Part shown: piece by piece, positions 1 through 21,700 of the stretch | Layout: the number at the start of each line of letters is the position of its first letter | How positions within the stretch are numbered: position 1 is the stretch's first letter | DNA from: Macrostomum lignano | Lineage: Eukaryota | Direction: 5' to 3' | Length of the DNA: 64,000 nt | NCBI GenBank assembly: GCA_002269645.1 | Contig: NIVC01000697.1 | Coordinates: 62,001 to 126,000, forward strand | Notes under the pieces: model-generated | Database searches by the model: none | What the model saw: the letters and a program-made list of their open reading frames with translations, nothing else | What the model was told of the DNA's origin: nothing | Made by a program: the position numbers and the translations under genes

Positions 1-10146
<10,146 letters not shown>

Positions 10147-11679
10147 TGGGGCGGCCTGAGCGGCTGCCACAAGCAGGCGAGGAGAGAGAGAGCTTTGGCT
10201 AAAGTTTGCAGGCTTAGTTTGTTGCTAAGATGCCTGCTATAGTAGACCTCTCTCTCTCTCTCTCTCTATTTGAAGAATTAACGAACGCCAACTATAGAGC
10301 TGGAAGAGAATACACCAGCAATGGCAGCAGTAAAGAAGGAACGAAGGGCAGGATGGAGCTTAGCTGAGCCCCTATAGGAGACAGCGGAAGTGCGGACACG
10401 CACGCGGTGACAAGCTAGAAGTGCCTGCGGGTTGGCTGGCTGGTTGGTTGCTGGGCAGGCGAGGAAGAGAGAGAGAGAGAGAGAGAGAGAAGGAAAGCGC
10501 GTCGTAGGGAAGAGACACCTAATGTTTTGCATTGTTATTAGCATTTGCTGCTTAGGCCGCGACTATAGCGCCCGTGGATGCAGTGGACTGGGGTTGCCAC
10601 CCAGTGCACGCCGTGCAAGAGCAGCTTCAGTTAGATGATGGCGAGTGGTCCGGACCAATGAGAGACGAACTTACGATCGGGGACAATGGATGAAGAATGG
10701 AGAAAGAAGGCCAGGCGGACAGGAAAAAGAAGTTGAAAGACTCCATGATTTTTATTATTTAGCCATCAAAGCTATAAGTCCAACATTTGCTGAAATACAG
10801 AAATTTAATTTTGGAAATAACGGATGAATTCGAAACTTCACTATCTGCCGCTAGAAAAACTCTTAATTTTGAGAACTGCGTCTGTCTAGGCAGAGTAGGG
10901 ATTGTGAATAAAATGAGTTGAGCAGTGAAGCTCAGCTCCAGCAGCCCCAACCTGCGCTGTCAAGAAAATGGGCTTCCTTGGCAACGCTAAGCAATGAGCC
11001 GGAGCATTGGGAACTTCTTTCCCATTTAGAAATAAGTCATTACTTACAAGGCAGCTGCACGAACGCCACTCCCTCCCTCTTGGGATGAAGTGGGGCGACA
11101 TAGTGGGGCTCATTAAGTCTATGGAGAGCCGCCCGCTTCTAAAAAGCTGTGAGCCTTTTTGCTTGCACTCGGCAAGCCATGCAAGCTCAGCCAGTGGTGG
11201 CCGCTCTGTTCCCGTCTTGTTGCAACAGGACAAGAAGAGAAAATAAGATTCTGGGCAGAGCTCGTCCGAAGCTTCATCAACATGCTCATAAGCTGCTTAA
11301 AGCATACAATAATATGGGAATTGCAATTAAAATCGAGTCGAAACACCTGACGAATTCAATAGATCAGGTGCTGGTACCAACTCAATGATCTGCCCTCCTA
11401 GCACGAATAAATCTCCAATTAATCCTGCATTATCCGAAGCTGGCAGCCAAGATGCATACAAAATAATCAATAATTAATCTTTGCGAAACAGGAAATTAAA
11501 TTTACCTCTTGCCCATTTTTGTCAGTACGCTCGCAATGCAAGCGGAGATTCCTAGACTCCTAGAGGATCTGCTGCTCCCAGGCAGAGGCGGTAGCGGCTT
11601 GGATCAGACTGACTGCTGCACTTTTTCATGTCCATACCTTGCTAATTGGTAACCAGGGCCTGGAACTAGCGGTCTGTAA

Positions 11680-13345
11680 AAGAGTGTAAATATGAGAAAC
11701 TGAGAGTGAGGACATGAGAAACTGCTAATGTAAATATGAGAATCTGAGAGTGTAAGTACGAGAAACTGAGAGTGAGGAAATGAGAAACTGAGGGTGTAGA
11801 TATGAGAAACGGAGAGTGAGGACATGAGAAACTGCGAATGTAAATATGAGAATCTGAGAGTGTAAGTACGAGAAACTGAGAGTGAGGAAATGAGAAACTG
11901 AGGGTGTAGATATGAGAAACTAAGAGCGAGTACATGAGAAACTGAGAGTGTAAATATGAGAAACAGAGAGCGAGGACATGAAAAACTGAGAGTGTAAGCA
12001 CGAGAAACTGAGGGTGAGGAAATGAGAAACTGAGAGTGTAAATATGAGAAACCGCAAGTGTAAATATGAGAAACAGAGAGCGAGGACATGAGAAACTGAG
12101 GGTGAGGAAATGAGAAACTGAGGGTGTAGATATGAGAAACGGAGAGTGAGGATATGAGAAACTGAGAGTGTAAGTACGAGAAACTGAGGGTGAGGAAATG
12201 AGAAACTGAGGGTGTAGATATGAGAAACTAAGAGCGAGTACATGAGAAACTGAGAGTGTAAATATGAGAAACAGAGAGCGAGGACATGAGAAACTGAGAG
12301 TGTAAGCACGAGAAACTGAGGGTGAGGACATGAGAAACTGAGGGTGAGGAAATGAGAAACTGAGGGTTTAGATATATGAGAAACGGAGAGTGAGGATATG
12401 AGAAACAGAGAGCGAGGACATGAGAAACTGAGAGTGTAAATATGAGAAACAGAGAGCGAGGACATGAGAAACTGAGAGTGTAAGCACGAGAAACTGAGGG
12501 TGAGGAAATGAGAAACTGAGGGTGTAGATACGAGAAACGGAGAGTGAGGACATGAGAAACTGAGAGTGTAAATATGAGAAACCGCGAGTGTAAATATGAG
12601 AAACAGAGAGCGAGGACATGAGAAACTGAGGGTGAGGAAATGAGAAACTGAGGGTGTAGATATGAGAAACAGAGAGTGAGGACATGAGAAACTGAGAGTG
12701 TAAGTACGAGAAACTGAGGGTGAGGAAATGAGAAACTGAGGGTGTAGATATATGAGAAACAAAGAGTGAGGATATGAGAAACAGAGAGCGAGGACATGAG
12801 AAACTGAGGGTGAGGAAATGAGAAACTGAGGGTGTAGATATGAGAAACGGAGAGTGAGGATATGAGAAACAGAGAGCGAGGACATGAGAAACTGAGGGTG
12901 AGGACATGAGAAACTGAGAGTGTAAATATGAGAAACCGCGAGTGTAAATATGAGAAACAGAGAGCGAGGACATGAGAAACTGAGGGTGAGGAAATGAGAA
13001 ACTGAGGGTGTAGATATGAGAAACAGAGAGTGAGGACATGAGAAACTGAGAGTGTAAGTACGAGAAACTGAGGGTGAGGAAATGAGAAACTGAGGGTGTA
13101 GATATATGAGAAACGGAGCGTGAGGATATGAGAAACAGAGAGCGAGGACATAGAAACTGAGGGTGAGGAAATGAGAAACTGAGGGTGTAGATATGAGAAA
13201 CGGAGAGTGAGGATATGAGAAACAGAGAGCGAGGACATGAGAAACTGAGGGTGAGGAAATGAGAAACTGAGGGTGTAGATATGAGAAACGGAGAGTGAGG
13301 ATATGAGAAACAGAGAGCGAGGACATGAGAAACTGAGAATGAGGA
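11680..13345. repeat. Composite minisatellite with TGAGAAAC core (intergenic or UTR)
   Basis: Mixed subunits of roughly 20 bp. Confidence 0.93.
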
Positions 13346-13984
13346 CAGGAGAATCTGAGGGCGCAAACATTTTATTCCGAGAGTAGAGAAAAACAACTTG
13401 AAAAAAAAACAGTTTCTTAAACAAAAAATGATTGCAGTAATTTCCATAAAAATTGCAATAGAAGCGTTTGCAAATATATTTCTTTGCAGAAGGAAGCAAT
13501 TGCACATTGGGGTGGGGGTGGATAAAGGGAGGCCCAGAGAAATTTAGTAAAAGTAATCAAGCTCTAAAGAAGTTTTTACTGAAGTGCAGAACTAGAAATA
13601 TTGTATCAAACGGTTTCGACTGGGTCACCCCCGACCTCCTAGCCTCATTTAGAATAGAAATATTTGTATAAATTAGCTCCAATTGCAACTAGCAAGCAAC
13701 AAAACAATGGATAACAACATATTCAATCAGTGACAGAAACGCTTACTTATAGTAGCATGTAGAACATTAAAAATACATTTAAAAAATTGCTTCTGATTTG
13801 GCAGAAAGACAAAGACAATTAATAAACAGTCAGAATACCATAAATAACATCTAATGCCAATTTTAGATCAAGTGGGAGTCCTCACTTAATTTCTCACCTC
13901 CTCATCTTTGGGTCAAGAAGCGGTGACTCAGAGACGGTTTAGAAAATGAGACCATCTCAATTTATTCTAACTGCTCCATTTCCC

Positions 13985-14470
13985 GATCATTCTCCCCTAT
14001 TTACATCTCATTCTCTCCTATCTCCCTCTCATTCTCCAATATCTCTATCTCATTCTCCAATATCTCTATCTCATTCTCCAATATCTCTATCTCATTCTCC
14101 AATATATCTATCTCATTCTCCAATATCTCTATCTCATTCTCCAATATATCTATCTCATTCTCCAATATCTCTATCTTATTCTCCAATATCTCTATCTCAT
14201 TCTCCAATATCTCTATCTCATTCTCCAATATATCTATCTTATTCTCCAATATCTCTATCTTATTCTCCAATATCTCTATCTCATTCTCCAATATCTCTAT
14301 CTCATTCTCCAATATATCTATCTCATTCTCCAATATCTCCCTCTCATTCTCCCCTATTTTCCTCTCATTCTCCCTTATCTTCCTCTCATTCTCTCTTATC
14401 TCCCCCTCATTCTCTCCTATCTCCCTCTCATTCCATCCTACCTCCCTCTCATTCTACCCTATCTCCTTCT
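13985..14470. repeat. 21-bp minisatellite ATTCTCCAATATCTCTATCTC downstream of the BLTP2 stop
   Basis: Direct reading. Confidence 0.93.
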
Positions 14471-14641
14471 TGTTCTACCTTATATATATTATTCTTATTC
14501 TCCCGCATCCTCTCTTAGCAGAACAAAATTTGAACGACTAATATACACGACTCTGCATCCTCGCTAAAAAACAGCTTTATACACATAATAGATTCGTTCG
14601 AGCAGTTAGAGAGCCGCAGGTCCAAGTCGGAGTTACAAGGC

Positions 14642-15784
14642 TCAATCGGGCAGCTGTTTGGCAGCTGAGGACGCGGGCTTGCCTTTCCTAGCCGTCTCAG
14701 CGTACTTGTGCCCGAATATCATGACCGCCTTCTGCTGCTCGGACATCGGCCGCGGCTCCCGCATGGGCTGGAACGGCGTCTGGTCTCGGAACGGGCGAGG
14801 AATCTTCAGCTTCTGCTTCAGCACCTGCTGGATGATGTCCCTAGAGACGCGCTGTTTAATTTCGACGGCCAAATCTTGCCAGGTGAAATTGCGATTAGAA
14901 ATCTCAATAGGCGGACTGAGAATCTCATAGTCCGTCAGGTTGATGATGGACCGGTCCTTCTCGCCCTTGTAGGACAGGATGATGGGCACGGGGAACACGC
15001 GGACACTGTAGAATGTGTGCGTCTCGGCCGCGCGCATCCGCATCGTCTCGAACATGTCCGCCGCCGTGGCACCGGCGCCTGATGCGCCGCCTCCGCCGCC
15101 TCCGCCGCCTCCGCCGCCGCTGCTGCCGACACCGCCGCCGCTGACAACTCCGCCAACGGCGCCGCCGCTGACCCCGCCGACGACACTGTTGCCGCTGCTG
15201 CCGCCGCCTCCGCGAAGACGCTGAGCGGCCACAACCGCGCTGCTGGTGCCGCCGACTGGGCCGGGCTGGCTACCGCCGCCGTTGCCACCGACGCTGCCGC
15301 TGTAGTTGCCGCTTGTTGTTGAACTTCCGCCGCCACCGCCGCCGCCGGTGGCGCCCACGCCGACGATGTTGGCGTTGCTGCTGCCGCTGGCGAGGCTGCC
15401 GCCGCCTCCGGTGCCACTGGCGCTGCCGCCGCCTCCGCCGCTTTCAGTGTCGAACAGGAAGTCCTTGATCTCCTTATAGAAACTCTTTGTTACGTTCAGC
15501 TTCAGCCGGTCGATCTGCACCTCCAGGCTCTGCTTGACGCTGATGCCAGTGATTGGCGGCAGTTCAACGCAGTCGACGCGCAGAAACGGCTGCTGCTGGC
15601 TGTCCGCTTCTGCGTCCGCAGCTGCCGCCGCTGCCGCCGCTGCTGTCGCTGCCGAAGATGACGACGCGTCGGCGCCTCCTCCGGAGGCCTCCGCGTTGCC
15701 GCCAGCGCCGTCGGGCAGAGCGGGCGGCCGGCGCCAGTGGGTTGGCGAGACAACGTCGACACAACCATTAGCGGTGTCTTGCAC
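14642..15784 (-). CDS. BLTP2: BLTP2 exon 21 (C-terminus, with Gly/Ser-rich insert)
   Basis: cctgcag|VQDTANG..SYKGEK..KQLPD TGA (14642-14644). Confidence 0.9.
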   Translation of the reverse strand: MQDTANGCVDVVSPTHWRRPPALPDGAGGNAEASGGGADASSSSAATAAAAAAAAADAEADSQQQPFLRVDCVELPPITGISVKQSLEVQIDRLKLNVTKSFYKEIKDFLFDTESGGGGGSASGTGGGGSLASGSSNANIVGVGATGGGGGGGSSTTSGNYSGSVGGNGGGSQPGPVGGTSSAVVAAQRLRGGGGSSGNSVVGGVSGGAVGGVVSGGGVGSSGGGGGGGGGGGASGAGATAADMFETMRMRAAETHTFYSVRVFPVPIILSYKGEKDRSIINLTDYEILSPPIEISNRNFTWQDLAVEIKQRVSRDIIQQVLKQKLKIPRPFRDQTPFQPMREPRPMSEQQKAVMIFGHKYAETARKGKPASSAAKQLPD

Positions 15785-18700
15785 CTGCAGGGCGGTGAAG
15801 ATCAAAGCAAATTAAAATTGAATATTTTCGATACATATCGGCTGATTATGAAAATATACTATGAGTTTTTGTGCATTTCGGTTAATTCGAATTTTTCATT
15901 GAGAGACATTGTGATATATAATTTTCGATACATATCGGCTAATTTAAAAGATGATATGAATACTACGCATTTATGTATTCCCCAAACTTAAAGCCTGTAT
16001 AATAAATTTCGATACATATCGGCTAATTTAAAAGATGATATGAATACTACGCATTTATGTATTCCCCAAACTTAAAGCCTGTATAATAAATTTCGATACA
16101 TATCGGCTAATTTAAAAGATGATATGAATACTACGCATTTATGTATTCCCCAAACTTAAAGCCTGTATAATAAATTTCGATACATATCGTGCGAACAGAG
16201 AAGGTGCATCGAATTGTCAAATTTTATAACAAAAATACTACTATAATTTCGAAACATATCGCCTAAGTAAAATTCTGCCCCGTAAACCCAGATTTTATTT
16301 CCATTCTGTAGCAGTTACCTAAAATAATTATTTTCGATACATATCGGCTATTCCAATAAATCATATCCATTGAAAGAAGGCTCTCACCTGCAGATAGCCC
16401 AGCTCGATGTGATGCGCCCCGCTATAATCGGCCTTAAACGTGCGCGTGTACAGAAAATCTTTTAAAATAACTTTGGCGAAGTCCAGCTGGCCGGCCTCCT
16501 TAGTCAGCACGCAGGTGGCGTCCTCGAAGCAGATTTCGTTTCGCCGGATCATTCGCTCCTGCTTGCTCTGATTGCGCCTGCCGTGCCGGCCCAGCTGCGA
16601 CACCTGGTAGACGTTGATGCGCAGCGCCAGCACCGCGGACCGATCCTGGATCTTCTCCTTGACCGCGGCGGCGCGGGCCTCCAGGTCGCGAAGGAGTTCG
16701 TCGCCACGACGGGTTGGAGAGGCGGCCTCTTTAAGTAGGCGGTAGATGTCCTTCTCTGCTCGGGTTAGGGGAGTCGATTTAAACAAAGTTTATTGCGTAA
16801 TAAATAAAGACTATAATTTGTTATTGATTGACAAAGACCAAATATTTGTATAGTTACAAAGAACTAGTATTGGAAAAAAAAGTTATTGACTGACAAAGAC
16901 CTGAAATCGCAAATTAGTTACTGACAGACAAAGACCTGAATTTGCAGCGATCAGCTATTGACGGACAAAGACCTGATTTTGCAGCGATCAGCTACTGACA
17001 GACAAAGACCTGAATTTGCAGCGATCAGCTATTGACGGACAAAGACCTGATTTTGCAGCGATCAGCTACTGACAGACAAAGACCTGATTAAGAAGTACAC
17101 AAGCAAGCACACAGCGTACCAATGTCGCGCTGGTCCTGCATAAGATTTCGCAGCTCCTCCTGATCGGACAGAATCAGCTCGCGCTGATGCTCTGGCGGTT
17201 TCACAAATAGCGCCCATTTCAGAGTCTGCAGCCGCTCCATCAGCTCTTTACGTTTTGGTTCAACGTAGAACAGCAGATTCTGAATGAGATCGATTGCCCG
17301 CTCCCACTGCTGGGAATTGGCGCAGGCCGCTATGGTGTGATGCCACAGTGTGAAGGTGGTCACGCCTTCCTCATTAGTGAACACCGGATCCTCGGCCGCC
17401 GGCCCGATGATTGACAGGTGCGCCATCTCGCTGGGATCGCCGGGCGTGTAGCTGGCGTAGCGAATGTCGCAGCGGCAGCGGGACACGATGCGCTGCAGGT
17501 TGTCGCCGGAGCCGACCCGGTCCGACACGATGCCGCCGACGCGGGGCCCGGCGCCGACCACGTCTGGGCATCCCTGGGAGAGGCGGCAGCGGCAATTTTT
17601 TAATACCAACGGTTGACAAAATTTTACTTTTCTGCATTAAGAACCACTTTATGTAATGGTTTTATACAAAATTAGAAGTTACTCTTTGCTATCTACTCTC
17701 CTCGCCTAATTCCCTCCCTCCTCTCTTTCTCTCTGCTCTTCCCCTCCTCTCTTTTCTCCCTGCTCTCCCTCCTCTCTTCTCTCCCTGCTCTTCCCTCCTC
17801 TCTTCTCTCCCGGCTCTTTCCCTCCTCTCTTTTCTCCCGGCTCTTCCCCTCCTCTCTTTTCTCCCGGCTCTTCCCTCCTCTCTTCTCTCCCGGCTCTTCC
17901 CCTCCTCTCTTTTCTCCCGGCTCTTCCCCTCCTCTCTTTTCTCCCGGCTCTTCCCTCCTCTCTTCTCTCCCGGCTCTTTCCCTCCTCTCTTTTCTCCCGG
18001 CTCTTCCACTCCTCTCTTCTCTCCCGGCTCTTCCCCTCCTCTCTTTTCTCCCGGCTCTTCCCCTCCTCTCTTTTCTCCCGGCTCTTCCCCTCCTCTCTTC
18101 TCTCCCTGCTCTTCCCCTCCTCTCTTCTCTCCCGGCTCTTCCACTCCTCTCTTTTCTCCCGGCTCTTCCCCTCTTCTCTTTTCTCCCGGCTCTTCCCCTC
18201 CTCTCTTTTCTCCCGGCTCTTCCCCTCTTCTCTTTTCTCCCGGCTCTTCCCCTCCTCTCTTTTCTCCCGGCTCTTCCCCTCTTCTCTTTTCTCCCGGCTC
18301 TTCCCCTCCTCTCTTTTCTCCCGGCTCTTCCCTCTTCTCTTTTCTCCCGGCTCTTCCCCTCCTCTCTTTTCTCCCGGCTCTTCCCTTCTCTCTTCTCTCC
18401 CGGCTCTTCCCCTCTTCTCTTTTCTCCCGGCTCTTCCCCTCCTCTCTTTTCTCCCGGCTCTTCCCCTCTTCTCTTTTCTCCCGGCTCTTCCCCTCCTCTC
18501 TTTTCTCCCGGCTCTTCCCCTCTTCTCTTTTCTCCCGGCTCTTCCCCTCCTCTCTTTTCTCCCGGCTCTTCCCCTCTTCTCTTTTCTCCCGGCTCTTCCC
18601 CTCCTCTCTTTTCTCCCGGCTCTTCCCCTCTTCTCTTTTCTCCCGGCTCTTCCCCTCCTCTCTTTTCTCCCGTCTCTTCCCCTCTTCTCTTTTCTCCCGG

Positions 18701-21700
18701 CTCTTCCCCTCCTCTCTTTTCTCCCGGCTCTTCCCCTCCTCTCTTCTCTCCCGGCTCTTCCCCTCCTCTCTTTTCTCCCTGCTCTTCCCTTCTCTCTTCT
18801 CTCTCTGCTCTCCCCTCCTCTCTTCTCTCCCTGCTCTTCCCTCCTCTCTTCTCTCCCCTACTCTCTTCTCTCCCTGCTCTCCCCTCCTCTTTTCTCTCCC
18901 GGCTCTTCCACTCCTCTCTTCTCTCCTCTTTCCCCCTGTTATTCCCTTCCTCTCTTCTCCTCTGCTCTCTTCTCTCATCGCTCTCCCTCTCCTCTCCCTC
19001 TCTACTCTCTTCTTTCCCTTCTCTTTTCTCTTTCCTTTCGCCCTACCTTCTCTAATCCTCTACTTCCTCCCTCTACTTTCTCTCCCACCTTCTCTCTCCA
19101 CCACCTCGCTGCCACTTAGAGCGGCACAAAAGCCAATAAAAAATCACGCGCAAACCTTCAGCTCGTCCTCCAGTCCAACGCGATTGCCTCGAACGATAGC
19201 CTCAGGCAGCCACCTCTCCTCGGCTTGGCCGCGACCAACAGTGCTGAAATACTGCATGCCGATTAGGTCGCCTGTGACAGTGGACTTACTCAGCAGCTCC
19301 TCGCCCCGCCACACGGGCTGGCACTGAGCCAGGCTCAGGCAGGTCCGATCAGCGCACACAATCAAATAGCCGGGCGTATTGGGCGACTTCAATAACAATT
19401 GAAGATTGAGCAGATCAACCCGAAGCTGGCATTCCAGCACGTCCTTGATGCTGCACAGGGCGTGTCCGTGCAGGCAGCGGCCGATGTCCCTGGCTTGGCC
19501 AGTCTGGTCCGAGCTGACGTTAATATTGAGCTCGTGCTCGCGCTCGTAGGCCAGGCGGCTTAGCAGGGCTTCGAAATCGTAGCCAGCGTCAGCCGCCGCC
19601 GCCGAACCGGAAGCGGAACCGGAAGTGGCCGCGGCGGAAGCGGACGCCGAGCCGGAGGCGCTAGCGGGAGCGGCAGTCGAATTCGCGGGGGTAGAAGTGG
19701 AGATTGGAGCCGCCGCCGCCGCCGCCGCCGGATTCTGAGTAGGCGTTGATGACGCCGACGGAGGCTGGTGAGCGGCTCGATAATCCCAGCTGCGGTGCTG
19801 CTTTACTGAGGATGTTCGCCTGTGCTGCTCCTGCTGCTGCTGTTGCTGTTGCTGCTGCTGGCGCTGCTGCTGGCGCTGCCGCTGCTGCACAGAGGGATCC
19901 CCGGCCGCCCGGGCCGCCTCTCCCTCTAGCAGGACTTTGAGCTGAGTAGGCATGGGAGCGGACAGATTCTTGCGCAACTCCATCGCGTCCTGGTAGATGT
20001 TGATCAGGCCGAATATGTGATTTCGAATCTCTAGGGTCCAGCGAACTTTCAAATCCTTCACGAACACGTTGTGCTTGGCTGTTAGTCTCTGCGGAGGGGC
20101 GGTTGTTGCCGACGGATTAACAGAGCTCTGCTAACTGAAGCCATGAGAACTGGCTAATGGAGCCAGGTAAGGATATACAAGCGATAAAAGTGTGTTTATT
20201 TGCTTTTACAATATTTTACTAAAGTTTTGTGATTAATAATAATGACAAATTCTATGGGAGCACATTTAACCGATGGACAAAATCCATAGAGGGGGCAACC
20301 ACATGGGGACAAAATCCGTAGAGGGGCAACCACATGGGGACAATATCGATAAGCGGGGGCAACCATATGGGGACAATATCCATAGAAGGGGCAACCACAT
20401 GGGGACAATATCCATAAGCGGGGGCAACCATATGGGGACAATATCCATAGAAGGGGCAACCACATGGGGACAATATCCATAAGCGGGGGCAACCATATGG
20501 GGACAATATCCATAGAAGGGGCAACCATATGGGGACAATATCCATAAGCGGGGCAACCACATGGGGACAATATCGATAAGCGGGGGCAACCATATGGGGA
20601 CAATATCCATAAGAGGGGGTAACCACATGGGGACAATATCGATAAGCGGGGGCAACCACATGGGGACAATATCCATAGAGGGGGCAACCACATGGGGACA
20701 ATATCCATAAGCGGGGGCAACCATATGGGGACAATATCCATAAGCGGGGGCAACCACATGGGGACGAAGGTTGTAAAGGTTTTGTATAAAAATATAATTT
20801 TTGGCACAACACTGCCTGACCTTATTTAGCCAGACATGACATGACCTGACCTGACCTGACAGACATGGCCCCGAGCTGACCTGACCTTACCTGACCTGAG
20901 AGACATAACCCGGGCTGACCTGACCTGACCTGAAAGACATAACCCGAGCTGAGCTGACCTGACATGACCTGAAAGACATAACCCGAGCTGACCTGACCTG
21001 ATTGACCTGAAAGACATGACCCGAGCTAACCTGACATGACCTTACCTGACCTGAAAGACATAACCCGAGCTGACCTGACCTGACTGACCTGAAAGACATG
21101 ACCCGAGCTAACCTGACATGACCTTACCTGACCTGAAAGACATAATGACCTTACCTGACCTGACTTGACCTTACCTGACCTGAAAGACATGACCCTGACA
21201 TGACTGACACAACTAACCTGACTGATCTGAACTGACCTAAATTGAATGTCCTGAAACCAAATGACCCAAGCCTAATAAACTGATTAAGATTAGTCAGTTT
21301 ATTAAAATTAACCATTCAAAGCCCTCATTAGCTCATGCAATATCAGCCCCTACGCAAATTGTCATAAAAATAGAATATCTTCTATTAAATTGCTGATTTG
21401 GTGGCACAACAGGCTTACGACATAGAGAAATATTAAAGCAAGACAATCAGGGGTCATAGATAAACTAAACACACTACTCAAGATTAGGATCAAAGTACAA
21501 GCATAAAAGTAGTTAAAGTTATTATAGTAATTTACATAACCAGTGCTAATTATAAGTTTTTAAGAAATGAATAATGAAAACTCGCACACCGAGCACCTAA
21601 AGGATACTAAATAAGAATGGTTAAAAATCTACAGGATCACGGCAAGCGCGCGGCTAAAAACAAATAATAATTAATAAATAAATTTGTTATCGTTGGCACC

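Noticed and set aside
11007-11246. ORF with KSCEPFCL, faintly like a RAG1/Transib motif
   Set aside because: Match too short; no catalytic motifs or TIRs seen.
11604-13507. Long hydrophobic ORFs resembling membrane proteins
   Set aside because: They derive from the TGAGAAAC composite repeat and are open in all three minus frames.
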